From assembly GCA_950097015.1 (NCBI GenBank), contig CATNEN010000039.1:13454001-13518000 (forward strand): a stretch of DNA of 64,000 nt, given 5' to 3'. Both the position numbers and the translations under genes were made by a program. This stretch comes from Macrostomum hystrix. Its lineage: Eukaryota; Animalia; Platyhelminthes. This document shows, in pieces, positions 1-13,567 of this stretch (the stretch's first letter is position 1; each line of letters starts with the position of its first letter). The notes beneath the pieces are model-generated. The model ran no database searches. It saw only the letters and a program-made list of their open reading frames with translations, and was not told the origin of the DNA.

Positions 1-948
1 GATTTACCAGATATAGTTTCTAGTCAATAATCGTACTAGAAATTCTAGACTCTCCAGAATCTCTATATAATAATCAATATAAATTTTTCAAGATGCACAA
101 GTCTTTAAAAATTAAAATCGATTAGATAATTTATCCATAGCAATAAATTAGTAAAATTGTTATAGCCTATTGTATATTTAGCTAAAATTCTGCTAAAAAG
201 CTTTCTGTTTACTTTATATTATACCGATTTTTAAAAATAAAAACTTAGTAGTAAGTAGAATAAAATAAATCAGTATAAACTTTAAAATAATTTTTGAAGT
301 TTTAGATTATAACTTTCTGAAGTTGCTAATATTTTAATTAAGTGATAAAATGATAATTTGATAAGCTTCTATGAAGTGTTATATTATATTTAAGTACAAT
401 TTAGTTTGATTTTCGTAGGTAAAATACAGTAATAGTACAGATATAAAAATAAAAAAATATAAAGATAAGATAAGAATATACAGATAAGAATTAGAATATA
501 AAGAATAAAAATATAAATATATAAAAATACAGATAATTTTTTGGCCCACATTTACTATGTGGGCATCACATTTTAGAAGTAGTTCTTGGAAGTAAACTAT
601 TATAGTTAGTTAATTTTTTTCCTGCAACTATTCAACTTGTCAGTTTAAAATATAATTCAACTCCTCACTTAAGGTTCACTCTAATATGGGCAACTAAAGC
701 CTCTAAATATATTTTTTAATTCAGTTTTGATTAGATAACTCGTTTCTAGTTTTATAGATATGAGTCTAATTTAAAATAAATTAAACTAGAAGTTTTGATT
801 TAGGCTTTTTTCTCTATGAAATCTAAAAATGGTATGCAAATTTCATATGGAATGCCGCTTGGATTTTTCCAAATTTTTCACTAGAACACTACTCTTCAGT
901 TAAATAATAATTCGGACACCTGAATCAGGCCCCACGCAGCATACGGCA

Positions 949-3900
949 ATGCTGGACGAGTGGGTCGAACCGAGCGACGTTTTCAACGTCAATACCAGGC
1001 AAGAGGATGACAATAGTCGCGACTTTGAACTGCTTGCCGCAGCAGCCAACGAAAATCAGAGACGGCGCGAAGAGACCCTGCGACGTCAGGCGGAAACAGA
1101 TTTTCTTGTTGGAGCGCTGCGTGAGTCTGAGCGCCTGCGATCTCTGGCCGCCAGTCCATCAGCCCCAAAGCATCAGCAGCAGCTACTTAACGGTCACGAC
1201 AATCTGGCATTCGCTGCGGACTGTGGCCCAGAGTTCGAGACGCCTTCCGAACAACTATTTCCTGACAACTATTATGACGAATTAGCTGACGACGATGTGG
1301 GCGATATCGGCGACTTTTTAAGACAATTACGCGGCGAAGACCCGGACGATATTTTGATGGAGACTGAGAAAACTGAGAAGCTCGATGATAAGAGTACAGA
1401 CGAGCAGAGGCTGGTACCCAACTGGCTAGCCCAGTTCCTCACTTCGGTTAAGTTCTCAGCTGTCTATGGTCTAACCCGGCGAGTGACCGACGCGGTCGAA
1501 GTTGCCATGTTTGGCGACCAGGACTCGTTTAGGGGCGCCGAGGCCCAGTTCAGTTCTGAAGCAGTGTCATCTGCGATAGGCAACGCTGGAGGTAGTAACG
1601 GAGCAACTGCCGAGCTGATCAGGCTGCTGAAGGAGCCCCACATGGTTGCACTGATGAGAGCCCACGATGAGGCTGCCATTTCTCTGGTGCCGCCGCCGCC
1701 GGAGTTGCCACAGCCCTGCTTGACAGTTGTAAGGATTTGGGGATGGAGTGACGGGACTTTTAGGGAAAGAGTGTCGGGACTGTTCTGGAGAGTGGCCGGG
1801 GATTGTTCTGGAGAGTGGCCGGGGACTGTTCTGGAGAGTGGCCGGGGACTGTTCTGGAGAGTGGCCGGGGACTGTTCTGGAGAGTGGCCAGGGACTGTTC
1901 TGGAGAGTGGCCGGGGACTGTTCTGGAGAGTGGCCAGGGATTGTTCTGGAGAGTGGCCGGGGACTGTTCTGAAGAGAGCATTGACGGATTAACGCCTATC
2001 TTTCAGGAGGACATGGCGATTGTTGCAACTGCGGACTCAGTCGCATCAACTCCGACGGAGTCTTTGCCTTCGCCGACCGCGCCCGAGGCCGTCCCGTGCT
2101 CCCGCCTGGCGGCCCCAATGCCTCTGCTGGCCGCGGCAAACATCCGCGTGCTGGTCACCGCGCCGACGCCCAGCCCGTCGGCATCGCCGTCGGCTCATTC
2201 AGCAGCGTCCGCAGGTTCGTCCACAATTGACGAAGCCGGCGACGATCACGGACGTCAACAGGGCGGCGAAGCGGCGAGAGAGTGCCGCGCCGAAGATGTT
2301 GTCCAAGACGGAGTGCGCTTCAGGCGAGTGGTGCTGATGAAGAGGAACGGGTCATTGGTGAGTGAAGATGTTTGTAGTCTTGTTATCTGGGGTAAAACTT
2401 CAATAGTTTTTAGACTTTCAAGCCTCTCTAAATCTTTAGCTGCAAGTGAAATGCGTGTGTGGTTCAGGGTTCTAAAGACTGGGATCAGACTTCATCGAAA
2501 TTAGATCAGCTTTCTTGGAATAGAGATCATGTTTCTTAGAATTTCCTGGAAAAAGTCTGGTTCCTCTTCAAGGAAAATTTTAGACCATCTGATGGTTTTA
2601 GTTCAAAGACTTGGAATCAGGATTGCAGAGAGTTGGGATCAGTATCGCAGAGTTGGGATCATTATTTCATAGAGTTGGAATCAGGATCCTACAGTCCACA
2701 GACATCTCGCTGTCTTTCCGCACAACCAGGGCGCCACAGTGAAGAATGTCGGTGACTCAGTAATTATCGGCCGCATCGTCTGCGGCGGACTGCTCGAGCA
2801 AGTCGGCGACCTCATTAGCGAGGGCGACGAATTGATCTCCGTCAACGGCATCGGCCTGACTGGAAAGCACGTCAACGAAGTCTACGACTTGTTGGTGAGC
2901 TGTCTTGAACTATTATTACCTGAACCTCAATTTCTCCCCATTCTTCTTTCTCATTTCCTTTGTTTTCTTCTCGCAGTTTCTCCTCTTAGGATCATATTTC
3001 TTTATGATTGAGATCGGACTTTTTTACCGAAATGTCGCGAGTTCGAATCTCAGCACAATGAAAAAAGGGTGTGTCTTTGAGCGAAGCACTCAGCAGGGGT
3101 TAAATTTTGGTGGTTTAGTCCGCGGACTGTACAGCAGCTGTCCGCAGACTAAAGAAAAGCTTCGATTACAATTGCCTTATTGTTTTATTTTTTCAGCAAG
3201 GTCTGACTGGCCGGCTCGTGTTCCTCACGTCGCCATGCACCGAGTATCGCCCAATTGAGCGCAACAATAATAATAGCAGCAGCAGCAATAACAACACAGA
3301 CAATAGCCTGGGTGGTCCCAGTGTTCTGAAGGCTCTGTTTACATACGAGCCAGCTGAGGATCTGTACAATCCGTGCCGAGAGGCCGGCCTGGCCTTCCAG
3401 GTTGGAGACCTGATTCGGGTTCTCAGCACTAGGGATCCGAACTGGTGGCAAGGCTGCAAACTGGCCGAGACTTCTGGCGCCGAGGTCCGAGGGGTGAGTT
3501 GACTCAACTGACTGGTAAAAAGTTTAGTAACTAAGCCCTCTAGGGCACTTCGCTTCCGGATTGTCAGGAGTTGAGATTTAGGATCAGAAGAGTTTATATC
3601 GTGATTCAAGACAGTTGGGATCAGGATGTCAGACAGTTAGGATCAGGATTTCAGACAGTTGGGATCAGGATTTCAGACAGTTGGGATCAGGATTTCAGAC
3701 AGTTGGGATCAGGATTTCAGACAGTTGGGATCAGGATGTCAGACAGTTGGGATCAGGATTTCAGACAGTTGGGATCAGGATGTCAGACAGTTGGGATCAG
3801 GATTTCAGACAGTTGGGATCAGGATTTCAGACAGTTGAAATCAGGATTTCAACTGTTGGAATCAGGATTTCAGACAGTTGGAATCAGGATGTCAGACAGT

Positions 3901-6900
3901 TGGAATCAGGATGTCAGACAGTTGGGATCAGGATTTCAGACAGTTGGGGTCAGGATGTCAGACAGTTGGGATCAGGATTTCAGACATGGGATCAGGATTT
4001 CAGACATGGGATCAGGATGTCAGACAGTTGGGATCAGGATGTCAGACAGTTGGGATCAGGATTTCAGACATGGGATCAGGATTTCAGACATGGGATCAGG
4101 ATGTCAGACAGTTGGGATCAGGATGTCAGACAGTTGGGATCAGGATGTCAGACAGTTGGGATCAGGATTTCAGACAGTTGAAATCAGGATTTCAACTGTT
4201 GGAATCAGGATTTCAGACAGTTGGAATCAGGATTTCAGACAGTTGGGATCAGGATTTCAGACAGTTGGGATCAGGATTTCAGACAGTTGGGATCAGGATG
4301 TCAGACAGTTGGGATCAGGATTTCAGACATGGGATCAGGATTTCAGACAGTTGTGATCAGGATGTCAGACAGTTGGGATCAGGATGTCAGACAGTTGGGA
4401 TCAGGATGTCAGACAGTTGGGATCAGGATTTCAGACATGGGATCAGGATTTCAGACAGTTGTGATCAGGATGTCAGACAGTTGGGATCAGGATTTCAGAC
4501 ATGGGATCAGGAATTCAGACAGTTGTGATCAGGATGTCAGACAGTTGTGATCAGGATGTCAGACAGTTGTGATCAGGATTTCAGACAGTTGGGATCAGGA
4601 TGTCAGACAGTTGGGATCAGGATTTCAGACATGGGATCAGGATTTCAGACAGTTGTGATCAGGATTCTGATGAGTTTGAATAAGGATTCTAGAAAGTTGG
4701 GATCAGGAGATTTTGTTGTTCCAATATGAGCTCGAAGCTTACAATAAATTAGACACTGAACAGAAAATGGAACACTTATTGGTATACCTTACGGGTTGGT
4801 GGCATTTACTGGAGCGCTTAATGCGATTGCCTCATGTAAGGTGCCTGAGCTCGATTCCGCGGCGAAGCCACATTCATTTAGGGCGGTGAGAAGGCTTGGG
4901 GTCTAGTCGTGTAATTTACACCCGTGAAGGCCAATCTCCAAGTCACAGTGCACATGTACACTGCCTGACGATGAGAAAGTCAGGGCAGATGTACACACCT
5001 GTGTGAGTGCGAGCCTGCGTTCGTTATCTGTGTGCGACTTTTCTCCTCGCTGGCTGCAGCTCAACTGTCATCAAATGATGTGCCATTGCCCACAACCCTC
5101 CGGCGATTATTATTATTATAGGTATACCTTTGTCCCGTTATTTAATTCAGGAATATAGCTAGTCGGACACATTCCTGCCTCATACCCAACCAGGTAGTTT
5201 ATTTGGAGTTGTTTTAATTTGCCTGAAAGTATTTCTTCGCATAGAAATTCAGTTAAGATAGAACATTATCAATTCAACAGGCAAGTACTTTGCATGTAAT
5301 TATTCGAGAATCTTGCTTGTTTTCTTACCTGGTATACTAGCAAAGCAAGTTTAGTGTTCGTCGGAGTTGTGCATTTTTTGCTGAGTGAATTGCACTGAAT
5401 ATCCTTTTTAACATTAAACTCTTTTTTAGTTTAAATCAATCTTTCTTACTTTAATGAATCAGTAGTTACCTAAAATCCATACATTTTTATCCCAAATCCA
5501 AAGATTGTTATCCCGAATCCATAGATTGTTATCCCGAATCCATAGATTATTATCCTAAATCCATAGATTGTTATCCTAAATCCATAGATTGATATTCCAA
5601 ATCCATAGATTGTTATCCTAAATCCATAGATTGTTATCCTAAATCCATAGATTGATATTCCAAATCCATAGATTGATATTCCAAATCCATAGATTGATAT
5701 TCCAAATCCATAGATTTTCATCCTAAATCCATAGATTGATATCCCAAATCCATAGATTGATATTCCAAATCCATAGATTGTTATCCCAAATCCATAGATT
5801 GATATTCCAAATCCATAGATTTTCATCCAAAATCCATAGATTGTTATCCTAACTCCAAAGATTGTTATCAATAATCCATAGATTGTTATCCCGAATCCAT
5901 AGATTGTTATCCTAAATCCATAGATTGATATTCCAAATCCATAGATTGATATTCCAAATCCATAGATTGTTATCCCAAATCCATAGATTGATATTCCAAA
6001 TCCATAGATTTTCATCCAAAATCCATAGATTGTTATCCTAACTCCAAAGATTGTTATCAATAATCCATAGATTGTTATCCCGAATCCATAGATTGTTATC
6101 CTAAATCCATAGATTGTTATTCCAAATCCATAGATTGTTATTCCAAATCCATAGATTGATATTCCAAATCCATAGATTGATATTCCAAATCCATAGATTG
6201 TTATTCCAAATCCATAGATTGATATTCCAAATCCATAGATTGTTATCCTAAATTCATAGACTGTTATCCTAAATCCATAGATTGTTATCCCAAATCCATA
6301 GATTGTTATCCCCAAATCTATACATTGTTATCCTAAATCCATAGATTGTTATTCCAAATCCAAAGATTGTTATCCCGAATCCATAGATTGTTATCCCGAA
6401 TCCATAGATTGTTATCCTAAATCCATAGATTGTTATCCTAAATCCATAGACTGTTATCCTAAATCCATAGATTGTTATCCTAAATTCATAGATTGTTATC
6501 CCAAACTGCCTGTTGATTCCCTAAATCCGTCAGTTGTTACCCCGTATCCATCTGCCTATTGTATTAATTGGTAACATCTTGCAGTCTGAAAAGTGCAGAC
6601 TGAATGTACTTTTAAATCTAGGCTCCAACTGGCAGCCTGGCCGGAATCTTCCCATCGCCCGATTTCCAACGCCGACGCCAACTCATGCTGTCTATGGCCA
6701 CCGGCGGGGAGCTCGCCGGTCGCAGGGAAGGAGGGAGGCAGTCGGGATCTTCGACTAAAAGCTGGCGCTGTCTTTGTCCAGCCGCTTGCAGTCGTTGCTT
6801 TTCACCACTAATTAGCCGGTTCCAACGAAGTCGATCGAGTCGCTACGCGCCGGAGGATTTGTCTGCTTCTTCGGCTTCCTCCAATTGCGACAGCGAGAAT

Positions 6901-9900
6901 GACAGCACAGTTGATACCATTGGAGGTAAGCGGAAAAGCAACGACTTTGTCATGCTATAAAATTAAAAATCCTCAGCTTGAGTGGCAGTGGTTCCCAGAT
7001 CCTCATTTCAAGTGGCCCTCATTCCCAGATCCTCATTTCGAGTGGCCCTCATTCCCAGATCCTCATTTCAAGTGGCCCTCATTCCCAGATCCTCATTTTG
7101 AGTGGCCCTCATTCCCAGATCCTCATTTTGAGTGGCCCTCATTCCCAGATCCTCATTTTGAGTGGCCCTCATTCCCAGATCCTCATTTTGAGTGGCCCTC
7201 ATTCCTAGATCCTCATTTTGAGTGGCCCTCATTCCTAGATCCTCATTTTGAGTGGCCCTCATTCCTAGATCCTCATTTTGAGTGGCCCTCATTCCTAGAT
7301 CCTCATTTTGAGTGGCCCTCATTCCTAGATCCTCATTTTGAGTGGCCCTCATTCCTAGATCCTCATTTTGAGTGGCCCTCATTCCTAGATCCTCATTTTG
7401 AGTGGCCCTCATTCACAGATCCTCAGTTTAAGTGGCCCTCATTCTCAGATCCTCACTTTGAGTTTTTTCGTTCCCAGATCCTCATTTTGAGTCGTTTCGT
7501 TCCCAGAACCTCAGTTTGAGTCGTTTCGCTCCCAGATCCTCAGTTTGAGTCGTTTCGTTCCCAGATCCTCATTTTGAGTCGTTTCGTTCCCAGATCCTCA
7601 GTTTGAGTCGTTTCGTTCCCAGATCCTCAGTTTGAGTCGTTTCGTTCCCAGATCCTCATTTGAGTCGTTTCGTTCCCAGATCCTCAGTTTAAGAGGCCGT
7701 TATTCCTGCAGATCCTCATTTTCTCATCCTCATCCTCATCACGCTGTCAAGCTCGCAAAGGCCTGCGCAGGCGAGGGCGCAGATTTTTCGAGCCTCAGGC
7801 GCTGCTACAGCCGCAGCCGCATCGTCGCCGGCCGCTGGTCCTTGTCGGACCGCCCGGTGTCGGCAGGCACGAGTTACGCGTGCGGCTGATCGAATCCGAC
7901 CCGGCCAGGTTCGCACCGGCTGTGCTGCACACCACCAGGCAAGCCAGGCCAGACGAGACCAACGGACTAGACTTTCAGTTCACCACTAGGCAGGAGTTTA
8001 TGCGTAGAAAACGCCACGGCGAGGGATTCTTTCTGGAGACTGGCCAGTTCAACGGCGACTTCTATGGCACCAGCGTGGCTAGCGTACTCAGCGTTGTCGA
8101 AGCGGGACTTGTCTGTGTGCTCACAATGCAGCCGGCTGGGCTGCGGGCGCTGCGGCGGCATCCGGCCCGTCTGATGCCCTACGCCGTATTCGTCAGTCCC
8201 CCGGCGAGTCTCAACGGCCTGCGAGTGCTGCGCCGCAAACTGGGACCCGCTGCCGACCTGGCGCCCGAGGATAGCGTAAGGGACAGCTGGGACTGATGCC
8301 TTTGGATCATTGTGTCACAGGGATGTTTATCCCAGAGATTCTAGGAGTTCTTGAGTTCTTAAAAATATTGGCCAATGAGGGATTCTAGACTGTAACATTC
8401 TATGAATAGTTATCCCAGTGATTCTATGAATGGTTATCCCAGTGATTCTATGAATGGTTATCCCAGTGATTCTAGGAATGGCTATCCCAGTGATTCTATG
8501 AATGGTTATCCCAGTGATTCTATGAATGGTTATCCCAGTGATTCTAGGAAATGTTATCGGGCAGTGATTCTAGGAATGGCTATCCCAGTCAGTGACTCTA
8601 TGAATAGTTATCCCTGTGATTCTATGAATGGTTATCCCAGTGATTCTAGGAAATGTTATCGGGCAGTGATTCTAGGAATGGCTATCCCAGTCAGTGATTC
8701 TATGAATAGTTATCCCTGTGATTCTATGAATAGTTATCCCAGTGATTCTAGGAATGGCTATCCCAGTGATTCTAGGAATGGTTATCCCAGTGATTCTATG
8801 AATGGTTGTCCCAGTGATTCTATGAATAGTTATCCCAGTGATTCTATGAATAGTTATCCCAGTGATTCTATGAACGGTTATCCCAGTGATTCTATGAATG
8901 GTTATCCCAGTGATTCTAGGAAATGTTATCGGGCAGTGATTCTAGGAATGGCTATCCCAGTGATTCTAGGAATGGTTATCCCAGTGATTCTATGAATGGT
9001 TATCCCTGTGATTCTATCAATAGTTATCCCAGTGATTCTATGAATAGTTATCCCAGTGATTCTATGAATGGTTATCCCAGTGATTCTATGAATGGTTATC
9101 CCAGTGATTCTAGGAAATGTTATCGGGCAGTGATTCTAGGAATGGCTATCCCAGTCAGTGATTCTAGGAATGGTTATCCCTGTGATTCTATGAATAGTTA
9201 TCCCAGTGATTCTATGAATGGTTATCCCAGTGATTCTATGAATGGTTATCCCAGTGATTCTAGGAAATGTTATCGGGCAGTGATTCTAGGAATGGCTATC
9301 CCAGTCAGTGATTCTATGAATAGTTATCCCTGTGATTCTATGAATGGTTATCCCAGTGATTCTAGGAAATGTTATCGGGCAGTGATTCTAGGAATGGCTA
9401 TCCCAGTCAGTGATTCTATGAATAGTTATCCCTGTGATTCTATGAATAGTTATCCCAGTGATTCTAGGAATGGCTATCCCAGTGATTCTAGGAATGGTTA
9501 TCCCAGTGATTCTATGAATGGTTGTCCCAGTGATTCTATGAATAGTTATCCCAGTGATTCTATGAATAGTTATCCCAGTGATTCTATGAATGGTTATCCC
9601 AGTGATTCTATGAATGGTTATCCCAGTGATTCTAGGAAATGTTATCGGGCAGTGATTCTAGGAATGGCTATCCCAGTGATTCTAGGAATGGTTATCCCAG
9701 TGATTCTATGAATGGTTATCCCTGTGATTCTATGAATAGTTATCCCAGTGATTCTATGAATAGTTATCCCAGTGATTCTATGAATGGTTATCCCAGTGAT
9801 TCTATGAATGGTTATCCCAGTGATTCTAGGAAATGTTATCGGGCAGTGATTCTAGGAATGGCTATCCCAGTCAGTGATTCTATGAATAGTTATCCCAGTG

Positions 9901-10951
9901 ATTCTATGAATAGTTATCCCAGTGATTCTAGGAATGGCTATCCCAGTGATTCTAGGAATGGTTATCCCAGTGATTCTATGAATGGTTGTCCCAGTGATTC
10001 TAGGAATGGCTATCCCAGTGATTCTAGGAATGGTTATCCCTGTGATTCTATGAATGGTTATCCCAGTGATTCTATGAATGGTTATCCCAGTGATTCTATG
10101 AATGGTTATCCCAGGGATTCTAGGAATGGTTGTCCCAGTGATTCTATGAATGGTTGTCCCAGTGATTCTATGAATGGTTATCCCAGTGATTCTATGAATG
10201 GTTATCCCAGTGATTCTATGAATGGTTATCCCAGGGATTCTATGAATGGTTGTCCCAGTGATTCTATGAATGGTTATCCCAGGGATTCTAGGAATGGTTG
10301 TCCCAGTGATTCTATGAATGGTTATCCCAGTGATTCTATGAATGGTTGTCCCAGTGATTCTATGAATGGTTATCCCAGGGATTCTAGGAATGGTTGTCCC
10401 AGTGATTCTAGGAATGGTTATCCCAGTGATTCTAGGAATGGTTATCCCAGTGATTCTATGAATGGTTGTCCCAGTGATTCTAGGAATGGTTATCCCAGTG
10501 ATTCTATGAATGGTTATCCCAGGGATTCTAGGAATGGTTGTCCCAGTGATGGTTGTCCCAGTGATTCTGGGATTCTAGGATTCTGGGATCTCCATTAGGA
10601 GTTTTTTGTATTTGCGTGGGATCTTAGTAAAAATAGATTAGGAAATCGCAGAGTTTCTGCAGCCATGATCCTACAGCTGCTATAAAAAATTATAATAATC
10701 AATTCAAATAGGACGACGAACTCCGCAAGCTGCTGGAGCTCAGTCGCCAAATGGAGGAGTCCTGCTCACACCTAGTCGACCGAGTGCTGGTCAACACAGA
10801 TCCTGGCGCCTCTGTGGCCCAACTGCTGGGCCTGGCTAGCCGGCTGGAGAGGGAGCCTCAGTGGGTGCCGGCCAAGTGGCTGCAGCCGTCAGGCACTGGA
10901 CAGCCTGACATTTGCGCTGTGGGTCACAATGTGGCCGATACAGCTTGCTGA
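949..10951 (+). CDS. MPP5: p55-subfamily MAGUK scaffold (L27-PDZ-SH3-GuK), most like MPP5/PALS1/Stardust; 7 exons, ~886 aa
   Basis: Proposed GT-AG exons, all phase-compatible: 949-1728, 2007-2357, 2730-2894, 3197-3493, 6622-6925, 7752-8275, 10712-10951. L27-like [19 protein letters not shown]; PDZ GSL|[20 protein letters not shown]...[11 protein letters not shown]; SH3 [28 protein letters not shown]...DPNWWQ...AGIFPS; Gu[18 protein letters not shown]...HTTR...FYGTS; C-terminal QWVPAKWL. The paralogue call (MPP5 vs MPP7 etc.) rests on the PDZ and is less certain. The exon 6 acceptor is AAG. Confidence 0.85.
1772..1975. repeat. 23-bp minisatellite (GGGACTGTTCTGGAGAGTGGCCG) in MAGUK intron 1
   Basis: About 9 tandem copies visible; explains the repetitive short ORFs here. 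Confidence 0.95.
3605..4670. repeat. 22-bp minisatellite (TTTCAGACAGTTGGGATCAGGA) with 20-bp variants, MAGUK intron 4
   Basis: Tandem array; degenerate copies also at ~2610-2690 in intron 2. Confidence 0.95.
4795..5120 (+). mobile_element. tRNA-derived SINE, family A
   Basis: tRNA-like head with B-box-like GCTCGATTCC, conserved core ACACTGCCTGACGATGAGAAAGTCAGGGCAGATGTAC and (ATT)n tail; homologous to copies at 30774, 43318, 45040 and 54455. Confidence 0.75.
5470..6505. repeat. 21-bp minisatellite (AAATCCATAGATTGTTATCCT), MAGUK intron 4
   Basis: Tandem array. Confidence 0.95.
6985..7720. repeat. 30-bp minisatellite (GAGTGGCCCTCATTCCCAGATCCTCATTTT) grading into a 29-bp variant, MAGUK intron 5
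   Basis: Tandem array; unit switches at ~7460 to GAGTCGTTTCGTTCCCAGATCCTCAGTTT. Confidence 0.95.
8398..10570. repeat. 21-bp minisatellite (GATTCTATGAATGGTTATCCCAGT-like) with higher-order structure, MAGUK intron 6
   Basis: Tandem array; the variant pattern repeats at a 716-bp offset (ORFs starting 8923/9639 and ending 8995/9711). Confidence 0.95.
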
Positions 10952-11699
10952 ACCTGCCGATTTATCTACTTTTTTCGGAAACTAAATTTCTCGCGCCAAG
11001 TTTTTGTGAGTTCTTAGAGTCCTGAGAGGATGCTTTTGGTTGAACTTAAGGGATTTTAGTAATAATCTACGGATAATTTCAACGGCAGATCCTAAAATAT
11101 TTCTTAGAAAAGGCTGGGAGATTTAATAGCTAATGCTTTTGTTAATTCTTTAGGATTTTATTGTGAATCCTAGGGGATTTCCTAGGGGTTTTCTACATCT
11201 ATAGAAAAAATTCATATTTTGCCTCTGTTTAATATTTATTTTTCAAGTGCAATTCTTTAGTTTAACTACTCAATTTTATCTTGATACGTATTTTGTGTCA
11301 TTTTCTTTCGCAGCTTCACTTTACTACTCACTTTACACTTGGTCAGTAGTCGCATATCTATTTTCTCGATTCTTGTGCAATCGTATTTTAAATTATTATG
11401 CAACAAATTCCGAGTTTTTATATTGAATCTCGTATATTTTTGGTTGGTATTTTATTGTACCCTACTTAATCATTTAGTAGTACATGTTGGTATTTTTTCG
11501 CTTGATTTATTTTTATTTTTAGCGATTCTAAGTGCCTGTGAAAATATTGCGCTCTGTTTTTGGCTGTGGCTCTTGTCCGACCCTTTGGGCTGGATTTTTC
11601 TCACCTCCTCGCTCCTCTATCTTGTTGTCTTTTAACATTGCAGAAATATGTTAAACTTTTTATGCCACCACGATTATCGCAACCCACTCTCCCGTCTCC

Positions 11700-12625
11700 A
11701 CTCAGCTCTCTCCACTCTGCCCTCTCCACTCTGCCCTCTCCACTCTGCACTCTCCACTCTGCCCTCTCCACTCTGCCCTCTCCACTCTGCCCTCTCCACT
11801 CTGCCCTCTCCACTCTGCACTCTCCACTCTGCCCTCTCCACTCTGCCCTCTCCACTCTGCCCTCTCCACTCTGCCCTCTCCACTCTGCCCTCTCCACTCT
11901 GCCCTCTCCACTCTCCCCTCTCCACTCTGCCCTCTCCACTCTGCCCTCTCCACTCTGCCCTCTCCACTCTGCCCTCTCCACTCTGCCCTCTCCATTCTGC
12001 TCTCTCCACTCTGCCCTCTCCACTCTGCTCTCTCCACTCTGCCCTCTCCACTCTGCCCTCTCCACTCTACCCTCTCCACTCTGCTCTCTCCACTCTACCC
12101 TCTCCACTCTGCTCTCTCCACTCTGCCCTCTCCACTCTGCCCTCTCCACTCTGCCCTCTCCACTCTGCCCTCTCCACTCTGCCCTCTCCACTCTGCCCTC
12201 TCCACTCTACCCTCTCCACTCTGCCCTCTCCACTCTGCCCTCTCCACTCTGCCCTCTCCACTCTGCCCTCTCCACTCTACCCTCTCCACTCTGCCCTCTC
12301 CACTCTGCCCTCTCCACTCTGCCCTCTCCACTCTGCCCTCTCCACTCTGCCCTCTCGACTCTACCTACTCCACTCTCCACTCTCCCCTCTCCACTCTGCC
12401 CTCTCCACTCTCCCCTCTCCACTCTGCCCTCTCCATTCTCCCCTCTCCACTCTGCCCTCTCCACTCTGCCCTCTCCACTCTGCCCTCTCCACTCTGCCCT
12501 CTCCACTCTCCCCTCTCCACTCTGCCCTCTCCACTCTGCCCTCTCCACTCTGCCCTCTCCACTCTTCCCTCTCCACTCTGCCCTCTCCATTCTGCCCTCT
12601 CCACTCTTCCCTCTTCCATCTCCAC
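11700..12625. repeat. 14-bp pyrimidine-rich minisatellite (CTCTCCACTCTGCC)
   Basis: About 65 tandem copies downstream of the MAGUK gene. Confidence 0.95.
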
Positions 12626-13518
12626 TCTCTTCCATCTGCCCACTCTCTCCTCGCCTTAGTCTTCCACTCCCTTCCCTTTCCTCTCAGACTCCATCTCATA
12701 TTCCTCAGATGGAGAATCAGGTTTATTCTCATATATCTCACTCCATCTCCCTAAACCTGTGCTCTCTTCTGTCTCTTCCTATCTTCTTTTTTTTCCTCTT
12801 CCTCTTCCCCTTCCCTCTGCATCTAATGTTTTCCAGTCATATTTTCCTTAATCCAGCGTTAGTGATTACCTATCCTAGAGTTGAATAATAGACTATTTAA
12901 TTGTTGATTACAGTGCAATTGAACTAGCCACCAATACATTACGCTAATATGATCATTTTGCTCAATTTTTTGCTCTAAATAATGTCAAACATTTTGCTGA
13001 ATTTTTATTTCTATTTTCAAAAGTTTAATTCGTGTATAAATGAACTCGTGTGTTGTTTAGTAAACTAGCTTCCAAACTATATAAACAAGTCTTGCGTGTA
13101 CATAACTTTTCCATTGCATAAAAGTAAATGCCAAACACCGAATGTTTTTTTGCAATTGCACCCGAGTCCTAATTTAGGTGTTGCGTTTAGTGGCTGTGCC
13201 AGCTTAACTCGATTAGTTTAATCCGAACGATTATGAGCTTTGATTTTTGCCTTGAACTGCCGTTTAAGTCGCGTGATCTGGTTTTACATTCCACATTTAC
13301 CTAGTGCTTATTTGATAATTATCTATATCTGTACACTAAATAAAGTGCAACATTTTCACCTCTTAATCAGTCAGATTTATTGTAGCTACTGTAAAATCTG
13401 ATATGCGTACTTTAAAGCTATTCTCTGTTGCACTTTTCTAATTATTTAGATTAAGTTTTGAGTCCGAGCGAACAAAACCGTACAGGTATTGTCTATGGCG
13501 CAGATGCTAATAAGAAAC

Positions 13519-13567
13519 CAAGGACTTCTATATAATAGCATCTAATGCTATTATATAGAAGTCCTTG
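13519..13567. mobile_element. 49-bp TIR-only non-autonomous DNA element (P-like or hAT-like), 8-bp TSD
   Basis: Perfect 23-bp inverted repeat CAAGGACTTCTATATAATAGCAT / CTA / ATGCTATTATATAGAAGTCCTTG, flanked by TAAGAAAC at 13511-13518 and 13568-13575. Confidence 0.85.

Noticed and set aside
4960-4995. Hammerhead-like CTGACGA...GAAA in the SINE A core
   Set aside because: No room for stems II and III and no NUH adjacent to stem I; a simple hairpin explains it better.
3571-12888. Long repetitive ORFs ([46 protein letters not shown])
   Set aside because: They are translations of intronic or intergenic minisatellites, open in several frames; the host gene splices cleanly around them.
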